From: Malacoraja senta
Taxonomy: Eukaryota
NCBI GenBank assembly: GCA_038087875.1
Contig: JAXLNO010000067.1
Location: forward strand, 1 to 64,000
Length of the DNA: 64,000 nt
Direction: 5' to 3'
The number at the start of each line of letters is the position of its first letter. The stretch's first letter is position 1. The translations under genes were made by a program, and so were the position numbers. A model generated the notes under the pieces. That model made no database searches. It was not told the DNA's origin and worked only from the letters and a program-made list of their open reading frames with translations. Positions 60,695 to 64,000 of the stretch are shown here, in pieces.

Positions 60695-61670
60695 GTGGAT
60701 ATGCTCACTGCAGCCTGGAGAAAGAGTACTCAACAGCAGTATATGACTTATGTAAAAAAATGGGAACAATATTGTGTTGAAAAGAATATTCAATATGATA
60801 CTGTAGTTATTGAAAATGTGTTTCAATCCACACTTGGATTGAAACACATTATAAAGTGTGAAGTTTTTATCCATACTTTATTATGATGAGGGTCTTAGCT
60901 ATAGTGCTATCAATGCAGCTAGAAGTGCTTTGTCCGCATATCTTTTAATAGGTACACGGACACAAAGTATAGGTTCTCACCCTCTCATATCTAGGTTGAT
61001 GAAAGGAATCTTTAATTCCAAACCGCCTAAGCCTAGGTATATGGTTATCTGGGATGTGAGTGTTGTTCTTAACATGCTTCGTCATTTGGTCCCTGTCACG
61101 TCTATGACTTTGTCAAAATTAACCATGAAATTGGCTATGGTAATGGCATTGGTGTCAGCACAGAGAGTGCAGACTTTGCAAAAACTTCAGTTAGATAGAA
61201 TGGAAGTGACTACAGAGAATGTTATGTTTTATATTTATGACCTGCTCAAACAAAGCAGGCCAGGTGTGACAGGATTTAAGATCGTGTTCTCAGCATATCC
61301 TACAGATCCATGTTTATGTGTAAGGACACATTTGTTACATTATGTTGAAGCCACAAGGGCTTTAAGACATGAAGAAACAGGATTATTTGTCAGTTACAAG
61401 AAGCCACATAAAAGAGTGGCAGTTCAGACTATCTCAAGGTGGTTAAAGCAAGTGTTGGTTCAGGCAGGAATTAACACTGATGTGTTTACATATCATTCCA
61501 CTAGGGCAGCAGCAACATCGGCGGCCAGGGCAATGGACGTTCCCATCGACCATATATTAAAAGCCGCAGGATGGCAAAATGAACTTGTGTTTCAGCAATA
61601 CTACCATCGGCCGATTGCCGATGGAGCGCTGTTTGCCAACTCAATATTGAGTGCTGTTGCTATTGTTTAA
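60695..61670 (+). pseudogene. DIRS tyrosine recombinase, disrupted near 60820-60860
   Basis: LSYSAINAARSALS, SAQRVQTL, YHSTRAAATS and FQQYY (R-H-R-Y catalytic residues). Confidence 0.88.
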
Positions 61671-61675
61671 ATTCT

Positions 61676-64000
61676 GTTTTTTTTTATTATTTTTTTTTTT
61701 TAATTATTTTTATTTATTAGAAGTACATTACATTACAACCACATACATTAGTACTCGTCACGTATGTCTTCTTACAATTAAGGTACTCCATTTATTTTTT
61801 ACACTAGAAAAGGAAAAGATTGAAAGAAAGAAGAAAGTGAAGGAAAAAGTGAGAGTGTAGAAAATGTGACAACAAAAAAGGACGAAGACCCTATAAGAAC
61901 AAAATTAAAAACAAAACAAAAAGAGTTAAGAAATAGACCCTAGAAAAGAAAGAGAAAGAGAATGAGGAAAAAGAGAGAAACAAATATTTTTATGAGCATT
62001 ACGCAAATGGGACATACCAACTCTTCAACTATCATCCCCCCTTACCTGACCTCAATTTTTTTTTAAAGGTACCTTTGCACCCTATATTTGTAATAATTCT
62101 ATAAATGCAGACCACGTCAGGTGGAAGTGATCTGGTTTACCTGCTAGGAGGAGTCTTATCTCTTCTAGGTGTAATGTTTCGAACATATTTGAAATCCACA
62201 TGTTTATAGTTGGTATTGGAGCCTTCTTCCAAAATTTTAGAATTAGCTTTTTTCCAGATATTAACCCATAGTCTATTAGTTTCTTTTGAAACACATTTAG
62301 TTCTGGACCATCTTCCGTTATTCCGAAGATAATCCATTCTGCTTTGGGTATCAGTCTTATTTTAAATAACTTTGTAAAGATTTCAAAAATTTGATTCCAA
62401 AATTTTTGAATTTTTGTACAGAAAACGAATGAGTGCGCTATAGTACCTTCTTGGGATTGACATTTATCACAAATAGATGATACATTTGGGAAAATTTTAT
62501 GAATTTTAGTTTTCGAATAATATAATCTATGTAAAATTTTAAATTGTATTAAAGTGTGTCTTATATTAATCGAACATTTATGCACGTTTAATAAATGTTC
62601 ATTCCAACTTTCCTTTGAAATTTTAATAGCTAACTCTTGTTCCCAGTCTCTTCTGGTACCCTCCGTAGATGGTATTTGTACATTTAAGATAATATTATAC
62701 AAATATGATATTACGTTTGCTGATTCAGCTTTTATCTGCATTGCCTCATCCAATACATCTGCTGGGTTATTATAATGATCTTTTGTATATTTTTTCAAAT
62801 AGTCGCATATTTGAAAATATTTAAAATATTGATTATTTCCGAGTTTATATTTTATTTGTAATTGTTGAAATGAAAGTAATTTTCCAGTTTCATACAAGTC
62901 ACCGAGCGTTTTAACTCCTAGTCTATCCCAATGTGTAAAAGCTTTATCTATAATAGAGGGATTAAACGAAGGGTTATTAACTATAGGTAATAAAAGTGAT
63001 ACATTTCTTAATTTTAAATTTTGTTTTATTTGTTTCCAAATTCGGATTGTACTATGAATAATTGGGTTCTTATTATAATTTATATTATTCAATTTCATTG
63101 GAGAGAGGAGGATCGCTCCAATGTTTCCAGAGGAGCAATCCTCTTTCTCCATTACAATCCAGTCCACTTGCTGGGCGGAGTTATCCATCAGTTGAATCAT
63201 ATTTTTAATATTTACTGACCAATAATAATACATTAAATTAGGTAGTGCTAAACCCCCTAATACTTTAGGTTTATTCAGATGAGTTTTTTGTATTCTATGT
63301 GATTTATAGTCCCATATAAAATTAGTGATATCTGAGTCGAGTTTTTTTTTAAACTTCTTTGGTAAGTATATAGGAATCGATTGAAATAGGTATAAAATTT
63401 GTGGTAGAAAGATAATTTTTATTGCATTTATTCGGCCTATTAAAGACCTCGGGAGAGTTTTCCAGAATTTAATTAGTGTGTTTAATTTATTAAGTAGGGG
63501 ATCAAAATTTGCCTTAAACATACCTTGCTATGTTCTGGTAATTTCGATTCCCAAGTATTTAAATTTTTCTGTAGCTATTTTAAAAGGGAATTTTAAAAGA
63601 TGTGTTGAATCTTTCGGTTTTATTGACATAATTTCACTTTTATTCCAATTTATTCTATATCCAGAAAAAGATCCAAAGTCTTCAATTAAATGTAATATAT
63701 TTGGTATAGTTATTTGAGGTTTTGTAATGTACAGTAATATATCATCCGCGTATAAAGATATTTTATTATATGAGTCTTTAGTATTATATCCATGGATATC
63801 AGGGTGTATTCTAATTTTTTCTGCTAGTGGTTCAATAATGAGAGCAAACAGCTGTGGTGATAATGAGCATCCTTGTCTATTTCCCCTTGATAGTTGGAAT
63901 TTCGAGTATAATATGTTCTAAGTTAGTATTCTAGCTGTAGGTTTATTATATAGTAACTTGATCCATAGAATAAAATTCTCTCCCAGTTGGAATTTTTGTA
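61676..64000 (-). mobile_element. Second L1 (related subfamily), 3' part; it runs off the window and ORF2 is frameshifted
   Basis: ORF 62082..63521 is homologous to the C-terminus of ORF 53058..56858. An interrupted poly(A) lies at about 61676-61710. Confidence 0.93.

Larger units (their letters stand above)
49650..61675 (+). mobile_element. Degenerate DIRS1-like tyrosine-recombinase retrotransposon, interrupted by an L1 and a 1-kb duplication; its 3' end is cut off by a second L1
   Basis: Gag, RT, RNase H, Dam-like methyltransferase and tyrosine recombinase occur in DIRS order. A terminal-region hairpin cttc..gtcacgtgagtgac..gaag lies at about 49688-49717. Confidence 0.9.

Overview
Eukaryotic, gene-poor window made almost entirely of transposable elements. 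The mix of CR1 LINEs, tRNA/V-domain SINEs, L1, Tx1, Rex1, Penelope, DIRS, Gypsy, Helitron and PIF/Harbinger suggests a cartilaginous fish such as a skate or ray; this is an inference from the repeat families. No host gene could be identified. Two elements look intact and young: a full-length CR1 (43571-48025, +) inserted in a SINE, and a full-length L1 (52618-59257, -) inserted in a decayed DIRS element. The most striking observation is that this L1 is flanked by an apparently identical direct duplication of about 1,010 bp of DIRS target sequence (51608-52617 and 59258-60267), which looks like a giant target-site duplication. The L1's 1.2-kb inter-ORF spacer carries a duplicated ~296-bp unit with conserved hairpins. 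Penelope-derived ends carry minimal hammerhead-ribozyme motifs, and several nested insertions can be ordered by their target-site duplications (TSDs). All alignments and base pairings were made by eye.
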